Assembly (NCBI RefSeq): GCF_018350175.1
Contig: NC_058368.1
Coordinates: 231,572,001 to 231,636,000 of the forward strand
Source of the DNA: Felis catus
Lineage: Eukaryota
Direction: 5' to 3'
Length of the DNA stretch: 64,000 nucleotides
The notes under the pieces are model-generated. The model did not search any database, had not been told where the DNA came from, and saw only the letters and a program-made list of their open reading frames with translations. The translations under genes were made by a program, and so were the position numbers. Numbering within the stretch: the stretch's first letter is position 1; every line of letters starts with the position of its first letter. Positions 62,230 through 64,000 of the stretch are shown one piece after another.

Positions 62230-62488
62230 GGGGTGCCTGGGTGGCTCAGTTGGTTAAGCGTCCGACTTCAGCTCAGGTCACGATCTCACGGTCCGTGAGT
62301 TCGAGCCCCGCGTCGGGCTCTGGGCTGATGGCTCAGAGCCTGGAGTCTGCTTCTGATTCTGTGTCTCCTTGTCTCTCTGCCCGTTCATGCTCTGTCTCTC
62401 TCTGTCTCAAAAATAAATAAACGTTAAAAAAAATTAAAAAAAATAATAAATAATAAATAAATAAATAAACAAACAAATAAAATAAAAC
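62230..62488 (+). mobile_element. Can-SINE inserted in the L1 A-rich tail
   Basis: Head follows (TAAA)n, and (TAAA)n resumes after it. Confidence 0.95.
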
Positions 62489-62564
62489 TTTTAACTCTGA
62501 AAAAAAAACGTGTAGCCAGCCTTGAGAACAACTCATATCCTTTGGGATATTGCCCTTTGTTAAC

Positions 62565-62755
62565 CTGGCGTGAATCAGAAAGAGTGTGACAACAGAAGGA
62601 ACGCCAGGGGATCAGGTTCTGGACCCAGCTGTATGACAAGGTGAGCAACCTTCAACAATGCATGTAATCTCTTTGGAATCCACTTCCCTTTTCTGGAACA
62701 TGAAAGCACCGTACTGGATAAATTAAGAGGTTTGTTTCTTATTCTAACAGTCTAT
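62565..62755 (+). mobile_element. MIR (MIRc/MIR3-like), diverged
   Basis: caggttctggacccagct...taatctctttggaatccacttcccttttctgg...ttattctaacagtcta. Confidence 0.5.
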
Positions 62756-64000
62756 TAATTAAATATAAAAAAACAGTTTTGCATTGATGAGTTCATTGGA
62801 AATGGTTTCTACAACAGTGTTTTTAGTAGAATAATAGATTATGCACTCTTCGATGCAGCTAACTTGTATTTGGCTGGCTTCGTTTATCAAAGATTCCTAC
62901 ACATGGCTAATTCTGGAGGATCCTTTTAACCCACTGTTGGAAGCGGGGATTCCATCTTTTCATTATCATGAATCAGTGGGATGCATCAGCCATGAATAAA
63001 GATGCCTTGCTGTGAAAAAATAAATAGATAAATAAAATGCAATGTCTGCCCAAAGGAGAGTCTCGTGAAGGGAAACAAGTATAGGCTACGAGGGGATTGT
63101 CATGGGAAACAAGGGGATGAAAACATGACAGCCTGAAGGGGAAATAACTTTTCCTTTAACTCTGATTTGAAGCCAAATGCTGCTTGAATCAAAGCCGGCT
63201 GTCCCCCAGAGCTGAGTCTGCCACCACGCAGGGGATGAGTGTCGTGTGCCCCAGGTGGAGGGAGACTTCGATTTTTTGCAAGAAACAACAGTCTTCCACA
63301 CGCAGAGTTTTTGGTGTGTTTTCCAATGACACGGTTTTCAAGGACTTCTAGGCCCCTCCCTTCTCTTGGTTAAGGATGGAGCTTGGAATACTCCCACACA
63401 AGAGGGAAATTTAGGGCTTTTTATTTGTAGGGCAAACAACCATCCCGAATTTCAGGGTCTGAGAGGTCTCCTGGGATGCAGGACTTCCAGGGTAACACCC
63501 ACAGTTGGGTCATCTTGCTCAGAAGAGACAGGAGGCTGCATCAGGTTCTACGTGTGAGCCTGGCTGGTGGCGTCACCTCCCTACCCTGAAGCTGAAGTTC
63601 TCCCCAAGGCGGTGGGTGAGGTGACACATCCCTGCATCCCTGCGGGAGTGGCCAGCTGGGTGGGCACATAGGTGGGTGCGAGCAGTGGGTCCGTGTGAAG
63701 AGTTTTGTCCCGAGTGGAGGGCCATGGAAGATACATCATCAGGTCGGCAGGCATCTGGATGCTTACCACGGGGTCTTGTCAAAATTCAGTCATTCTACTG
63801 CACTGCAATACTCAACCTGTCATCTGAAAACACCTTCGATGTCTGTGTCAATGTGCCTGACACGCCTCACGTTTGCCTCCTTTGCTGTGTAAAGTTGACA
63901 CTGGTTCTTGAAGAGTAACACGGATGTTCCAGGCAGCCCCCGACAGCTCTGTTGAGGCTGATTTGTCTACCTGCCCACAGGGTCGGTTCACAGGAATCCC

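Noticed and set aside
1891..62488. tRNA-like A/B boxes (tggctcagtcggtt...gttcgagccc)
   Set aside because: These are SINE heads, not tRNA genes: each is followed by a CT linker and A-tail, most with a TSD.
63760..63835. Minus-strand 57-nt exon-like segment (ttttcag...gtaagc)
   Set aside because: Short pyrimidine tract and stops in all frames; indistinguishable from chance.

Overview
This is mammalian non-coding genomic DNA, almost certainly felid (cat family), judged from 36 carnivore tRNA-derived Can-SINEs (including young SINEC_Fc-type copies) and felid-type L1 3' ends. I cannot support any protein-coding gene, RNA gene or CRISPR array. The recognisable ORFs in the track are SINE read-throughs, decayed L1 ORF1/ORF2 pieces or low-complexity artefacts, and I recognise no protein in the rest. 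Roughly half of the window is interspersed repeats: Can-SINE, L1 of several ages, L2, MIR, MaLR/ERVL LTRs and hAT/Tigger DNA-transposon fossils. The most interesting signals are retrotransposition footprints that can be read directly from target-site duplications (TSDs). These are an L1 with an apparent 3' transduction at a site hit twice inside an older L1, a roughly 20-nt micro-L1 insertion, a SINE dimer enclosed by one TSD, a twin-primed 5'-inverted L1, and closely spaced inverted SINE pairs. There is also one well-formed candidate 36-nt exon on the minus strand. Repeat subfamily names come from my recall of consensus sequences and need RepeatMasker/Dfam confirmation; boundaries of old repeats are approximate. 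I see no evidence of a new multi-gene biological system.
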